NCBI GenBank assembly: GCA_044375955.1
Contig: JBILLS010000001.1
Span: 108,912-172,911, forward strand
DNA: 64,000 bases
DNA from: Candidatus Nanopelagicales bacterium
GTDB lineage: Bacteria > Actinomycetota > Actinomycetes > S36-B12
Direction of reading: 5' to 3'
The notes beneath the pieces were generated by a model. That model ran no database searches and had not been told where the DNA came from. It worked only from the letters and a program-made list of their open reading frames with translations. Made by a program: the position numbers and the translations under genes. Shown here in pieces: positions 35,145-44,951 of this stretch. Each line of letters begins with the position of its first letter. Position 1 is the stretch's first letter.

Positions 35145-36311
35145 ATGTCCTTCACCCTGCGCATTGACGCACCCCGCTGGCGCCTGCACACCCAGCAGGT
35201 GTGGGCCGCGCTGCGCACCTCCAGTGGTGGAATGCCGGTTCCGGTGATCAAGGGCAGCGGATACGGACTCGGGATGACGGTGCTCGCGCATGAGGCCGCG
35301 CGCCTGGAGGCCGACACGATCGCCGTCGGGACGGTCTTCGAGGTCGACGCCGTCGTGGATGCGTGCGCGGCAGATGTGATCGTGCTGGAACCCTTCGAAC
35401 CCCGGGATGAGGTCGCCTCGCGACGGTGGTGGCGCGTCGGCGAGCAGGTGCACGCCGGGCGGGTGATCCGTACCGTCGCCACATCGGAGGCCCTGCGGGC
35501 ACTCTGCGAGGGACCGGGGTCAGCACGAGTGATCCTCGAGGTCACATCGTCGATGCACCGTTTCGGCATGAGCGAGGCGGAGTTGCTCTCGGTTCTGCAC
35601 GATCAGGAGATCCGCTCCGCGATGCAGCGTGGTCGGGTCGTGGTCGAGGGCATCTCGATCCATCTCCCCCTCGCCCCACCCGCCGACGACATCCCACCGC
35701 GCGGTGTGCTCGCTGGTTCGGCGAAGGCCCGCGAGGTGATGCGTTGGGCCGGTCTGTGGCAGGCGGAGACCGCCGTGTGGTCGGGATACAACTCCCCCGC
35801 CACGACAGTGTGGGCGTCGCACCTCGAGGACACCGACTGCTCGCTCATCGCATCATCGCTGGACGAGGCGACCCTGCGCGTGCGCACGGGCACGCGCCTG
35901 TGGCTCGGTGACCGTGGCGCGATGCGCGCATCGGGCACCGTGCTCGCCGTCCATCCGCTACCCGAGGGAACCCATGTCGGCTACCGGCAGCGCGTGGGAC
36001 CGAAGAACGCCACCCTCGTCGTGGTCTCGGGCGGCACCGCGCACGGCATCGGCCTCAGCGCACCGTCACCGGCAGCGAATCTGCGGCAGCGGGTGCGCAG
36101 TGCCGGGATCGGGGCACTCGATGCCGCCGGCAGGGCACTGTCCCCCTTCCGTTGGCAAGGCAAACAGCGGTGGTTCGCCGAGCCCCCGCATCAGCACCAT
36201 TCGATGCTCTGGCTGCCACCGGAATGCGTGGTTCCGACGATCGGCGATCAACTCGAGGCAGAAGTCCGCTTCACCACATCCACCTTCGACGAGGTGGAAC
36301 TCGCGACCTGA
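35145..36311 (+). CDS. alanine racemase-like (fold-type III PLP) protein
   Basis: 388 aa. PVIKGSGYGLG aligns by eye with the Alr PLP-lysine motif VVKANAYGHG. The C-terminal beta domain is present, but the Alr catalytic Tyr position appears to be substituted. Confidence 0.65.
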   Translation: MSFTLRIDAPRWRLHTQQVWAALRTSSGGMPVPVIKGSGYGLGMTVLAHEAARLEADTIAVGTVFEVDAVVDACAADVIVLEPFEPRDEVASRRWWRVGEQVHAGRVIRTVATSEALRALCEGPGSARVILEVTSSMHRFGMSEAELLSVLHDQEIRSAMQRGRVVVEGISIHLPLAPPADDIPPRGVLAGSAKAREVMRWAGLWQAETAVWSGYNSPATTVWASHLEDTDCSLIASSLDEATLRVRTGTRLWLGDRGAMRASGTVLAVHPLPEGTHVGYRQRVGPKNATLVVVSGGTAHGIGLSAPSPAANLRQRVRSAGIGALDAAGRALSPFRWQGKQRWFAEPPHQHHSMLWLPPECVVPTIGDQLEAEVRFTTSTFDEVELAT

Positions 36312-37603
36312 GTCGGTTCGTACAGGTCCCGGATGATCAGGATCGCGTACCAGACGGTCACCCCGACGTGGATGAACGTGGCGAGTGCATACCAGCCTCC
36401 ATCGAGGCCCTTCGCTCCCTCGACCCCGTAGGCGGCGAGCAGCCACCAGATCGCAGCGAAGTAGATCACTTCCCCGGTCTGCCAGATGAGGAAGTCGCGC
36501 CATCGCGGGCGCGCGAGTGCCGCGAACGGCACCAGCCACAGCACATACTGCGGTGAGTAGACCTTGCTGGTGATCACGAAGGCGGCCAGGACAAGGAACG
36601 CCAGCGCGAAAACCGTGGGCGTGCGCGGTGCGGTGAGTGCGATGTAGGCCACGAAGCACAGCAGGGCCAGGAAGGTCACCGCGCTGACCGCATTGATCGC
36701 CTCATCGGGAATACGAGGAAGACCCCATTCCGTCACGGCGTACCAGACCGATCCGAAGTCCACCCCGCGCGCCCTGTTGAACGAGTAGAAGTGCCACCAC
36801 CCCTCGAAGTTCGCGATGGCGAACGGGAGGTTCACGAGGATCCAGGTGATCGCGGTCGCACCGATGAGGGTCAGCGTGGGTCGGAAGGAACGTGTCCGGA
36901 TAGCGAGGAGGACGAACACTGCTACGAGGACGAGCGGATAGAACTTCGATGCGATCGCGAGACCCAGGAAGACGCCGGCGGCTACTGGTCGTTCGCGCAC
37001 CCAGGCGAGGAACGCGAGCGCCGTAAGGGCGATGGGGATCAGATCCCAATTGATCGTGGCACCGAGGACCACGGTGGGCGCCACCGCGATCATCGCCGCA
37101 TCCCATGCGCGATGGCGCACCGCCAGTGCCGATGCGATCACCGTGATCAGCAGGAACGGTGTCAACAGGATCACGTTGACGTCGAAGAATGCGCGCGTCA
37201 CATCGTTGGAGTAGAGAACCGGTGCGATCGCGGTCGTGATGAGTGCAGCGACCCACATGAACATCCCGGTCAGAACTGGATACTCGAGTGGTGTGCCTCC
37301 TACGGGGATCTGCACATAGGGGATCAGCCCGTCGGCGAATCCCCGGATTCCGTAGAGCGCCGGGATATCGGAGTAGCAGAGATGCTCGTACCGGTCGGGG
37401 GAGAGCCAGTTCGTTGTGACGCAACTGAGGTCGAGTAGGTACCCGACCATGTAACCCGCCGTGGCGAGCACGACGAGTGTCGAGATCGTGGGCCAGGGAC
37501 CGGGAAGGGTGCGCGCCAGGCGACCCCATGGCCCGCCGAGGATCTCCGAGCCATTCCTGACGACGGGGTCCGTGCGCGAAGGGATCATCGCGCCTCCCAT
37601 CAC
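36248..37603 (-). CDS. polytopic membrane protein, Rv0051-like (GT-C/DUF2029-type glycosyltransferase candidate)
   Basis: 451 aa with more than 10 TM segments. It lies directly downstream of ponA (ATGA overlap), as the equivalent gene does in mycobacteria. Its 3' end overlaps the convergent gene by 64 nt. Confidence 0.7.
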   Translation of the reverse strand: MMGGAMIPSRTDPVVRNGSEILGGPWGRLARTLPGPWPTISTLVVLATAGYMVGYLLDLSCVTTNWLSPDRYEHLCYSDIPALYGIRGFADGLIPYVQIPVGGTPLEYPVLTGMFMWVAALITTAIAPVLYSNDVTRAFFDVNVILLTPFLLITVIASALAVRHRAWDAAMIAVAPTVVLGATINWDLIPIALTALAFLAWVRERPVAAGVFLGLAIASKFYPLVLVAVFVLLAIRTRSFRPTLTLIGATAITWILVNLPFAIANFEGWWHFYSFNRARGVDFGSVWYAVTEWGLPRIPDEAINAVSAVTFLALLCFVAYIALTAPRTPTVFALAFLVLAAFVITSKVYSPQYVLWLVPFAALARPRWRDFLIWQTGEVIYFAAIWWLLAAYGVEGAKGLDGGWYALATFIHVGVTVWYAILIIRDLYEPTQVASSTSSKVDVVKRTSASS

Positions 37604-39873
37604 CGTGCGTTCTTCTTCTTCCCGGATCGCCCATCATCCTGGGGGTCGAAGGTGGTGTCCTGCGGGGCGGCGTCGATGACCGGCTCCTCCGGAGCCGGTA
37701 TCTCCTCGGGGGGTGCCTCGTCGACCATGCCGTCGGGGCCGAATTCGGTCACGACGTCGGGGATGGGGCACCCGAGGGGGACCTCCTGCATGTCCGGGGC
37801 GAGCACGGCTGGGCAATCGGGTTCGCGCAGTACGTCATCCGGGGGTGCGGTGAAGGGCTCCTCGGGGAGGCCCTTGAGGGCACCGTTCATGAACGCGGTC
37901 CAGATTGCGGCGGGGAAGGAACCGCCGGTCACGGTGCGCAGGCCGCCCGTACCCGACAGGGACACGGGCGTGCCGTCGACCTCCTTGGCCATGAGCACCG
38001 CCGCCGCGAGTTGCGGTGTGTAGCCGACGAACCACGCGGACTTGTTGCCGTCCGTCGTTCCCGTCTTGCCTGCGGCGGGACGCCCGAGTTCCCGCGCGGC
38101 GAAACCGGTGCCGTTGTTGACCGTGCGGTTGAGTGCGAACGTCACCGTGTCGGCGACCTCCTCCGGGAACGCGCGGTCGGGTGCGGGTTGGTACTCCCAC
38201 AACACACCCTCATTCGGGCCCATGACACGGCGGATGACGGTCGTCGGTGCGGTGACACCGCGCGCCGCGAAGGTCGCGTACGCGTTGGCCATGTCGACCG
38301 CCGACGGTGACGCGGTTCCCAGGACGAACGTGAGATCGAGGTTGTCCAGGTTGAGTCCCGGCGTGGACTTCGGAATACCCGCGCGCAGGGCCGCACGCGC
38401 CACCTTCTTCACACCGAGACTCGACTCCATCTCGACGTAGGCCGAGTTGATCGACTTCTCCGTCGCCTCCAGCAGTGTCACGCTGCCGTAGGACTTGTTG
38501 TCGTAGTTGTTGAGTGTGTAGCCCTGCACGGTGATCGGGGAATCACCGGACCACACCGACTTCAACGGCACCTTCTCGTCGATCGCAGCCGCGAGCGCAA
38601 ATGGTTTGAATGTCGATCCCGCCTGCGCGAATTGCTTGGTCGCGTTGTTGATCTGATCGGTGATGAAGTCCTTGCCGCCGTACATCGCCACGATCTCGCC
38701 CGTCCCCGGCCGCACCGCCGCAAGACCGATACGCAGGCCCTTGGTATTCGACGTCGGACCCTGGGTGCGCACGGCGCGCTCCGCGGAACGTTGCGCACGG
38801 CGCTCGATCGTCGTCACGATCCGCAGGCCACCACTTTGGATCTGCTCGTCATCGAATCCCAAGGCCTTCAACTGTTCCTGGACCGCGGTGAGGATGTACC
38901 CGGTCTGACCGCCGAGCCTGTTGCCGCTCTGGGAAGCCGCGATCTCGGGGAACTGTGCGGCATCGCGCTGCTCGTCGGTGATCCAGCCTTCGTCGCGCAT
39001 CCCATCCATCACATAGGCCCAGCGTCCCTGCAATCCGGTCAAGTTCTCCTCCGGTGAGAGACCACCCGGTGACTTCAACAACGCTGCGAGCACAGCGCTC
39101 TGCTCGACAGTGAGCTGACCTGCGGGAATGCGGAAGTACGCCATCGACGCGGCCTGGATGCCCTCGGCGTCGCGGCCGAAGAAGCTGGTGTTGAGGTAGT
39201 TCTCCAGGATCGTGTCCTTGGAGACGATGGTCTCGAGTTTGAACGCGAGTAGGGCTTCCTTGATTTTGCGCTGCCAGCTGCGTTCCTGGGTCAGATACGC
39301 ATTCTTCGCGTACTGCTGCGTGATCGTCGAACCACCTTGCGTGGAGTCGGTGAAGGTGTTGTTCAGCGCCGCACGCACGATGCCCAGCGGTGAGATACCA
39401 CCGTGGTCGTAGAAGCCGCGATCCTCCGCGGCGAGCACCGCCTGCTGGGTATGCAGGGGGACCTCGGCGAGCGGAATGCTCTGCCGTGTGGTGTCGGTGA
39501 GTCGACCGATCTCCTGCTTCCCCCCGGCGTAGTAGACGACGGTCGCCTGGCTGGTGACGACATCGCTGGGGTTCGGGATCTCGGTACGCGCCACCAGGAA
39601 GGCGAACGCGGCGAAACCCTGGGATCCGACCAGCACCCCGACCAGGAGAAGACCGCGCACCCATGCGCGACGTCGGGGGCGGGTCGGACGGGCCGCACCC
39701 TCGGGCGGGTGCGGGGGTCTGCGGGTCGGTCGCTGCGGTCGGCGACCACCCTGGGCACCGCGCGAGGGTCCCCGTGGCGGGCCGGGCGGGGATCCTGCCG
39801 GGCGGCGGGGCCGGTTGGAGGCGCGGGAGTCCGAGGAGCGCCCCGATGGGGGTCGTCTGGCCTCGTATGTCAC
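37600..39873 (-). CDS. ponA: bifunctional class A penicillin-binding protein (transglycosylase/transpeptidase)
   Basis: GT51 motifs AAEDRGFYDHGG and GGSTITQQY. Transpeptidase motifs STFK, SINS and KTGTT. I chose GTG 39871-39873 (GAGGTG 5 nt upstream); the longest TTG start is at 39885. Confidence 0.9.
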   Translation of the reverse strand: MTYEARRPPSGRSSDSRASNRPRRPAGSPPGPPRGPSRGAQGGRRPQRPTRRPPHPPEGAARPTRPRRRAWVRGLLLVGVLVGSQGFAAFAFLVARTEIPNPSDVVTSQATVVYYAGGKQEIGRLTDTTRQSIPLAEVPLHTQQAVLAAEDRGFYDHGGISPLGIVRAALNNTFTDSTQGGSTITQQYAKNAYLTQERSWQRKIKEALLAFKLETIVSKDTILENYLNTSFFGRDAEGIQAASMAYFRIPAGQLTVEQSAVLAALLKSPGGLSPEENLTGLQGRWAYVMDGMRDEGWITDEQRDAAQFPEIAASQSGNRLGGQTGYILTAVQEQLKALGFDDEQIQSGGLRIVTTIERRAQRSAERAVRTQGPTSNTKGLRIGLAAVRPGTGEIVAMYGGKDFITDQINNATKQFAQAGSTFKPFALAAAIDEKVPLKSVWSGDSPITVQGYTLNNYDNKSYGSVTLLEATEKSINSAYVEMESSLGVKKVARAALRAGIPKSTPGLNLDNLDLTFVLGTASPSAVDMANAYATFAARGVTAPTTVIRRVMGPNEGVLWEYQPAPDRAFPEEVADTVTFALNRTVNNGTGFAARELGRPAAGKTGTTDGNKSAWFVGYTPQLAAAVLMAKEVDGTPVSLSGTGGLRTVTGGSFPAAIWTAFMNGALKGLPEEPFTAPPDDVLREPDCPAVLAPDMQEVPLGCPIPDVVTEFGPDGMVDEAPPEEIPAPEEPVIDAAPQDTTFDPQDDGRSGKKKNAR

Positions 39874-39951
39874 GGCGCACCTCAATGGGGAAGAAGGACC
39901 GCCCCAAGTGCATCAGAAATCACACCCGTCACGTGGACGGCACGCCGGTGG

Positions 39952-40446
39952 TCAGTCGGTCGGGGGCCTCCGGGGGACCCCGTCGCCCAGGGCGTACCGA
40001 CGGATCATGAAATTCCACTCACAGCGCTGGCAGACCTCCACCACATAGACCGTGAACTCCCCGTACTGGCTGGACATGGCCACCAGCTCCTCCGCCGTGC
40101 GGATCCGCCCGGCGTAGGGCCCGAGGGCATCCCCATAGACATAGGAGAGGTGGACCAGGTCCTCGCGCTTGCACGCCGGGCATCGGTCGCCGCTGGGTTC
40201 GCCGTGGTGGCGGGCGGCGCGCAGGAGATACGGGTCGGCCTCGCAGTAATTGGATGTGAGCGCGCCACCGGTATGCAGATCGCGGAGTGCGGCCCGACGT
40301 TGCAATGCGTAGTCCACGCGTGCCCGCGGCCGGGTGGGGTCGTCGACGGGTTCGGCGGGGGGTAGGGGTCCACGCGCGCGCGCCGGTGTCGACGACTCAC
40401 CGCGGGCGAGGGTGCCGCGCAGTGTGTTGTGCCGGGGTGCAGCCAT
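39952..40446 (-). CDS. DUF5318-family protein
   Basis: I moved the start to ATG 40444-40446. The Cys-rich core (CPACKREDLVHLSYVYGD...VVEVCQRCEWNF) is typical of the conserved actinobacterial gene next to ponA. Confidence 0.7.
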   Translation of the reverse strand: MAAPRHNTLRGTLARGESSTPARARGPLPPAEPVDDPTRPRARVDYALQRRAALRDLHTGGALTSNYCEADPYLLRAARHHGEPSGDRCPACKREDLVHLSYVYGDALGPYAGRIRTAEELVAMSSQYGEFTVYVVEVCQRCEWNFMIRRYALGDGVPRRPPTD

Positions 40447-40488
40447 GGTCTGGGGAGTGTACGTCGGATTCGGCACTAGCGTCGCGTC

Positions 40489-41775
40489 ATGGGCGAGCAC
40501 CGGGGTCACCTGCGCGCAATCCTGCGCGGACGCGACTTCCGACTCCTCTACTCCACGCGGGTCACCGGGCAGTTCGGCGACGGGCTCCTGCAATCCGCGC
40601 TCGCCACCTTCGTGTTGTTCTCACCGGAACGCGCGCCCACGGCCGCCACCGTTGCCGCCTCCTTCGCGATCCTGCTGCTGCCCTACTCGGTCATCGGTCC
40701 CTTCGCGGGCGTGTTGTTGGACCGATGGAGTCGTCGTCAGGTTCTCGTGCGCGCCAACATCCTCAAGGGGCTACTGGTGGTCCCGGTGATCGCCGCATTC
40801 CTCGCCGCGAACGACGGTCCGCTGCTAGGGGTCTTCGTGCTCCTGGTGCTCGGTGTCGGCCGTTTCATCCTGGCCGGGCTCTCGGCATCGCTTCCACACG
40901 TGGTCGACGAACGCAACCTGGTCACCGCGAACGCATTCACCCCGACGTCGGGCACCATCGCCGCGGCTATCGGCGGTGTGGTCGGGGTAGGTATCCGGGC
41001 GCTGGCGGGCGGAGGTGATGGTGGTGGCGTGGTGGTGCTCGTCACCGCCCTCGGCTGCTACCTAGCTGCGTCTTTCATTGCGCTCCGGATCGGGGTCCGA
41101 CGTCTGGGACCCGATGGGTCCCGGCCTCCGGACACGGTCGCAGGCGTTGTCCGCGGACTCCGCGACGGGGCGCGCGAACTGCTGCGCCAGGCCCCCGCAT
41201 CCCACGGCATCGGCCTGGTGATGGCCCATCGATTCGAGTTCGGCGCGCTCACGGTGGCGGCACTGTTGTTCTTACGCAACACGTACACCACCGACGTCGA
41301 TCAGGCACTCGTGCTCTTCGGTGTGGTGACGGGAGCTGCGGCCGTCGGTGCCTTCATGGGCGCGGTCATCACCCCCCGGATGGTGCGGCGGATCGGCTAC
41401 CGCACCTGGCCGAGCATCATCGCCGCGCAGTCTGCGGTCATCGGCGTTCCCCTGGTGATCCTCGCGGGTGCATTCACCAACCTCGCACTGCTGCTCGCCG
41501 GAGCTGTGTCGATCGGCATCGCGGGTCAGTCGGTCAAAGTGTCGGCGGACACACTCGTGCAGGAGACCATTGCCGATGATTTCCGCGGCCGCGTGTTCGC
41601 GCTCTTCGACATGACGAACAACATCGGACTGGTGGCGGGAGTAACGGTCGTGGCGTTCCTCGCACCCGCGAGCGGAATAGCACCCGTCCTCTACGCGGGG
41701 GTTGCCGCGTTACTGCTCCTGGTCATCGCCTGGTACGCCGGCTCGGCAAAGCGGTGGAAACTCCCCCGGCCCTGA
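40489..41775 (+). CDS. MFS transporter
   Basis: 428 aa with about 12 TM helices and the MFS loop GVLLDRWSRRQVL. Confidence 0.8.
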   Translation: MGEHRGHLRAILRGRDFRLLYSTRVTGQFGDGLLQSALATFVLFSPERAPTAATVAASFAILLLPYSVIGPFAGVLLDRWSRRQVLVRANILKGLLVVPVIAAFLAANDGPLLGVFVLLVLGVGRFILAGLSASLPHVVDERNLVTANAFTPTSGTIAAAIGGVVGVGIRALAGGGDGGGVVVLVTALGCYLAASFIALRIGVRRLGPDGSRPPDTVAGVVRGLRDGARELLRQAPASHGIGLVMAHRFEFGALTVAALLFLRNTYTTDVDQALVLFGVVTGAAAVGAFMGAVITPRMVRRIGYRTWPSIIAAQSAVIGVPLVILAGAFTNLALLLAGAVSIGIAGQSVKVSADTLVQETIADDFRGRVFALFDMTNNIGLVAGVTVVAFLAPASGIAPVLYAGVAALLLLVIAWYAGSAKRWKLPRP

Positions 41776-41797
41776 AGCCCACCCCTATGCTCGACCC

Positions 41798-43045
41798 GTG
41801 GTGACCGGAGCTTCCGCGCAGTATGAGACGAGTCCCGTGGCACGGAAGAAGTGGCGGGGGCGTTCGATCGTCTCCCTTCTCCTCTTCGTTCTCGCCACCC
41901 TGCTGACCCCGCTTGCGGTCGTCGGCCACTGGGGTCACACGACCATCACCGACACCGAGGCGTACTTGGAGACCGTCGGTCCGCTGGCCGCGGACCCCGA
42001 GGTTCAAGCCGCGATCGGTGCGGTGGTCACCGACGCCGTCATCCAGCAGGTCGATGCCAAGGAGCTCGTCGGCGGGTTCCTCACCGACCTGCTCCCCAAT
42101 GACCAGCTCGCCGAGGCACTCGCCGGTCCCTTGAGTTCGGGTGTCAATCAGGTGATCGCGGGGGCCGTGGAGCGGTTCCTCACCAGTGATGCCTTCCAGA
42201 CCGCATGGTTCGCACTCAACACCGCTGCGCAGCGCAGCCTGATCGCCGCCCTCGAGGGCGATCCCGAGGGTGTGGTGCAGATCCAGGGACCCGATGTGGT
42301 CCTCGATATCAGCAGCCTGCTCGAGGTCGTTCAGAAGGCGCTGGTCGATCAAGGCATCGATGTCGCCGCGAAGGTGACGGTCCCCGAGGTCGACAAGCAG
42401 ATCGTGGTGATGAGCTCACCGGCATTCGAGCAGTTGCGGACCATCTGGGCATTCACGAATCCGCTGCTCAGCTTCATCCTGCTCTTGGTGGCACTCCTCT
42501 TCACGGTGTCGGTGCTGCTGGCCACCCGCCGAGCACGTACCACCGTGGCCGTCGGCGTCGTCGTCTTCGTCCTCGGTATGGCACTGCAACTGAGTCTCGC
42601 GTGGGCAGAGTCGCAGTTCACGAATGCCTTCTCCGGGACGATCTTCGAAGCCGCGTCGATCGTGTTCTTCCAGTCTTTCCTCACCAACCTGCTCGAGGGT
42701 CTGGTGAGCATGATCCTGCTCGGCGTGATCCTGGTGATCGTCGGCTGGTTCGCAGGACGCACCGACAGTGCGTTGCGGACGCGTGCCGCGCTCGTCCGGG
42801 GATACGCGGATATGGCGTCGCGCCTTCCCGCGTGGGCGTCGACCATCGGGCGTCCGATGCGCGACTACGCACCCTTCGTGCGATGGGGGATCCTGTTCCT
42901 CTGGGTGATCGCGGTCTTCACCGCGGCTGGCTTCCACTTCGAGTCGACCCTCGGCTGGACCGCATTGTTCCTCGGGCTGCTCACCATCGCCGAGATCCTG
43001 ATGTACACGCCGGACGATCGTGTGTTGGAGATCCGCCAGAGTTAA
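41798..43045 (+). CDS. hypothetical integral membrane protein
   Basis: I chose GTG 41798, just after the upstream stop. The protein has an N-terminal TM, a ~220-aa extracytoplasmic region and then 4-5 TM helices. No recognisable motif. Confidence 0.6.
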   Translation: MVTGASAQYETSPVARKKWRGRSIVSLLLFVLATLLTPLAVVGHWGHTTITDTEAYLETVGPLAADPEVQAAIGAVVTDAVIQQVDAKELVGGFLTDLLPNDQLAEALAGPLSSGVNQVIAGAVERFLTSDAFQTAWFALNTAAQRSLIAALEGDPEGVVQIQGPDVVLDISSLLEVVQKALVDQGIDVAAKVTVPEVDKQIVVMSSPAFEQLRTIWAFTNPLLSFILLLVALLFTVSVLLATRRARTTVAVGVVVFVLGMALQLSLAWAESQFTNAFSGTIFEAASIVFFQSFLTNLLEGLVSMILLGVILVIVGWFAGRTDSALRTRAALVRGYADMASRLPAWASTIGRPMRDYAPFVRWGILFLWVIAVFTAAGFHFESTLGWTALFLGLLTIAEILMYTPDDRVLEIRQS

Positions 43046-44517
43046 GGGCGTCCGGCCCACCAGGCCCGCAGGGCCTCCTCCGCGGAGGCAGCATCCATCG
43101 GTCCCCGATCCAGGCGAAGGTTCAAGAGGAACTGGTACGCCTCACCGACCTCACGGCCCGGTGGGATGTCGAGGATCCGCATGATTGCCGTGCCGTCGAG
43201 GTCCGGTCGGATCGCGGCCAACTCCTCCTCGGCAGCCAATCGGGTGATCCGATCCTCGAGGTGCTCGTAGGCACGCTGGAGGGCCATGGCGCGCTTGCGG
43301 TTACGCGTGGTGCAGTCCGCGCGGGTGAGCTTGTGGAGCCGCACCAGGTTGTCCCCGGCATCGCGCACATAACGGCGTACTGCCGAATCGGTCCACTCCC
43401 CCGTGCCATACCCATGGAAGCGCAGATGGAGTTCGACGAGCTGTGCGACGTCATCGATGTTGTCGTTCGAGAACCGCATTGCCTTCATCCGTTTGCGTGT
43501 CATGCGTGCTCCCACCACTTCATGGTGGTGGAAGGACACGCCTCCGTCGGCTTCGAACTTGCGGGTCTTGGGTTTCCCGATGTCGTGGAGGAGTGCTGCC
43601 AGGCGAAGGACGAGATCGGGCTGTGATGGTGGCTCGTGCGCATTCTCCAAGACGATCGCCTGCTCGAGGACGGTCAGGGTGTGCTCGTAGACGTCCTTGT
43701 GGTGATGGTGCTCATCCGCCTCGAGTTGGAGCAGGGGGAGTTCCGGCAGCACGTACTCACATAGGCCGGTGTCCACCATCAACTGTAGTCCGCGACGCGG
43801 GTGGGCGGACATGATCAACTTCACGAACTCATCGCGCACTCGCTCCGCGCTCACGATCTCGATGCGTGCCGCCATCGCGGTCATAGCCTGGATCACATCG
43901 GGCGCGACATCGAAGTCCAACTGCGCGGAGAATCGCGCAGCCCGCAACATGCGTAGCGGATCGTCGTCGAAGGACTGCTCTGCGGTTTTCGGCGTGCGCA
44001 GGACGCGACGTTCGAGATCACCCTGACCATCGAATAGGTCGACCAATTCCCAGCTGGGAAGTCGTACCGCCATCGCATTGACGGTGAAGTCGCGTCGACC
44101 GAGGTCCCCGTCGAGGGAGTCACCGAACTCGACCTCGGGTTTACGCGAGTCGGGTTCATAGGTCTCGGTGCGATAGGTGGTGATCTCCATCTCGATACCC
44201 CGGACTCGCGCGCCCACGGTGCCGAAGCGCATACCCACATCCCATACGGCATCGGCCCATCCGGTGAGCACGTGGACGATCTGTTCGGGGCTCGCATCGG
44301 TGGTGAAATCGAGGTCGGCGACCGGCCGCCCGATGAGGGCGTCGCGCACGGGTCCCCCCACGAGGCTGACCTGGAACCCCGATGCCGTGAACAGTGCCCC
44401 CATCCGCTCCAACACGTCGGCGTACGGGGCCAGTGCCGTCGCTAGGCGGCGCGCAATGGCGGGATCGAGTGCGGGGGACACACCACGGAAGGCTAGTGCG
44501 CGGGCGCCTATCCTCAC
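43042..44517 (-). CDS. cca: CCA tRNA nucleotidyltransferase (PcnA-type, HD domain)
   Basis: [20 protein letters not shown] polymerase-beta motif and an HD region (LLHDIGKP). I chose GTG 44515-44517; the longer ORF overlaps the divergent NUDIX gene. Confidence 0.85.
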   Translation of the reverse strand: MRIGARALAFRGVSPALDPAIARRLATALAPYADVLERMGALFTASGFQVSLVGGPVRDALIGRPVADLDFTTDASPEQIVHVLTGWADAVWDVGMRFGTVGARVRGIEMEITTYRTETYEPDSRKPEVEFGDSLDGDLGRRDFTVNAMAVRLPSWELVDLFDGQGDLERRVLRTPKTAEQSFDDDPLRMLRAARFSAQLDFDVAPDVIQAMTAMAARIEIVSAERVRDEFVKLIMSAHPRRGLQLMVDTGLCEYVLPELPLLQLEADEHHHHKDVYEHTLTVLEQAIVLENAHEPPSQPDLVLRLAALLHDIGKPKTRKFEADGGVSFHHHEVVGARMTRKRMKAMRFSNDNIDDVAQLVELHLRFHGYGTGEWTDSAVRRYVRDAGDNLVRLHKLTRADCTTRNRKRAMALQRAYEHLEDRITRLAAEEELAAIRPDLDGTAIMRILDIPPGREVGEAYQFLLNLRLDRGPMDAASAEEALRAWWAGRP

Positions 44518-44520
44518 GGT

Positions 44521-44949
44521 ATGGCCAAACGCAGCGTGGAGGAGACCTCCGCGGGTGGTTTGGTCCTCGACGAGAGTCGCCGTGGGGCCCTGATCGGGCG
44601 TCAGGATCGACGCGGGCGCATGGTGTGGTCGCTGCCGAAGGGCCATATCGAGGCGGGTGAGACACCCGAGGCCGCGGCAATCCGCGAGATCCAGGAAGAG
44701 ACGGGTATCTCCGGGTCGATCGTCGCCCCCCTCGGTGTCATCGACTTCTGGTTCATGGCCGAGAACCGCCGCGTCCACAAGACGGTGCACCACTTCCTTT
44801 TGCAGGCGGTCGGCGGTGAACTCTCGTCGGATGATGCCGAGGTGGACAGTGTCGAGTGGGTGCCCCTCGAGGACATGTCGACGCGGCTGGCATACGCCGA
44901 CGAGCGCCGACTGATGGACCGCGTCCAGGAACTGCTGGCGGACTCTTGA
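44521..44949 (+). CDS. NUDIX hydrolase (MutT4-like)
   Basis: 142 aa with Nudix box [22 protein letters not shown]. Confidence 0.85.
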   Translation: MAKRSVEETSAGGLVLDESRRGALIGRQDRRGRMVWSLPKGHIEAGETPEAAAIREIQEETGISGSIVAPLGVIDFWFMAENRRVHKTVHHFLLQAVGGELSSDDAEVDSVEWVPLEDMSTRLAYADERRLMDRVQELLADS

Positions 44950-44951
44950 GA

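Noticed and set aside
33100-35453. Long antisense or alternative-frame ORFs: 33100-33924 (-), 34305-35453 (-), 38849-39913 (-), 42205-43626 (+), 50977-52056 (-), 52783-54000 (-), and many others of 60-470 aa.
   Set aside because: They overlap genes with clear family motifs on the other strand or frame. Their translations are Arg/Pro/Gly/His-rich low-complexity strings, typical of stop-codon-poor frames in ~70% G+C DNA. None has a recognisable motif.
36248-36311. Convergent gene-end overlaps: 64 nt at 36248-36311, 30 nt at 30336-30365, and 4 nt each at 43042-43045 and 56485-56488. I considered them as possible mis-called stops or antisense regulation.
   Set aside because: Stops are fixed by the sequence, and such 3'-3' overlaps are common in compact high-GC genomes. 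There is no additional evidence for a regulatory role.
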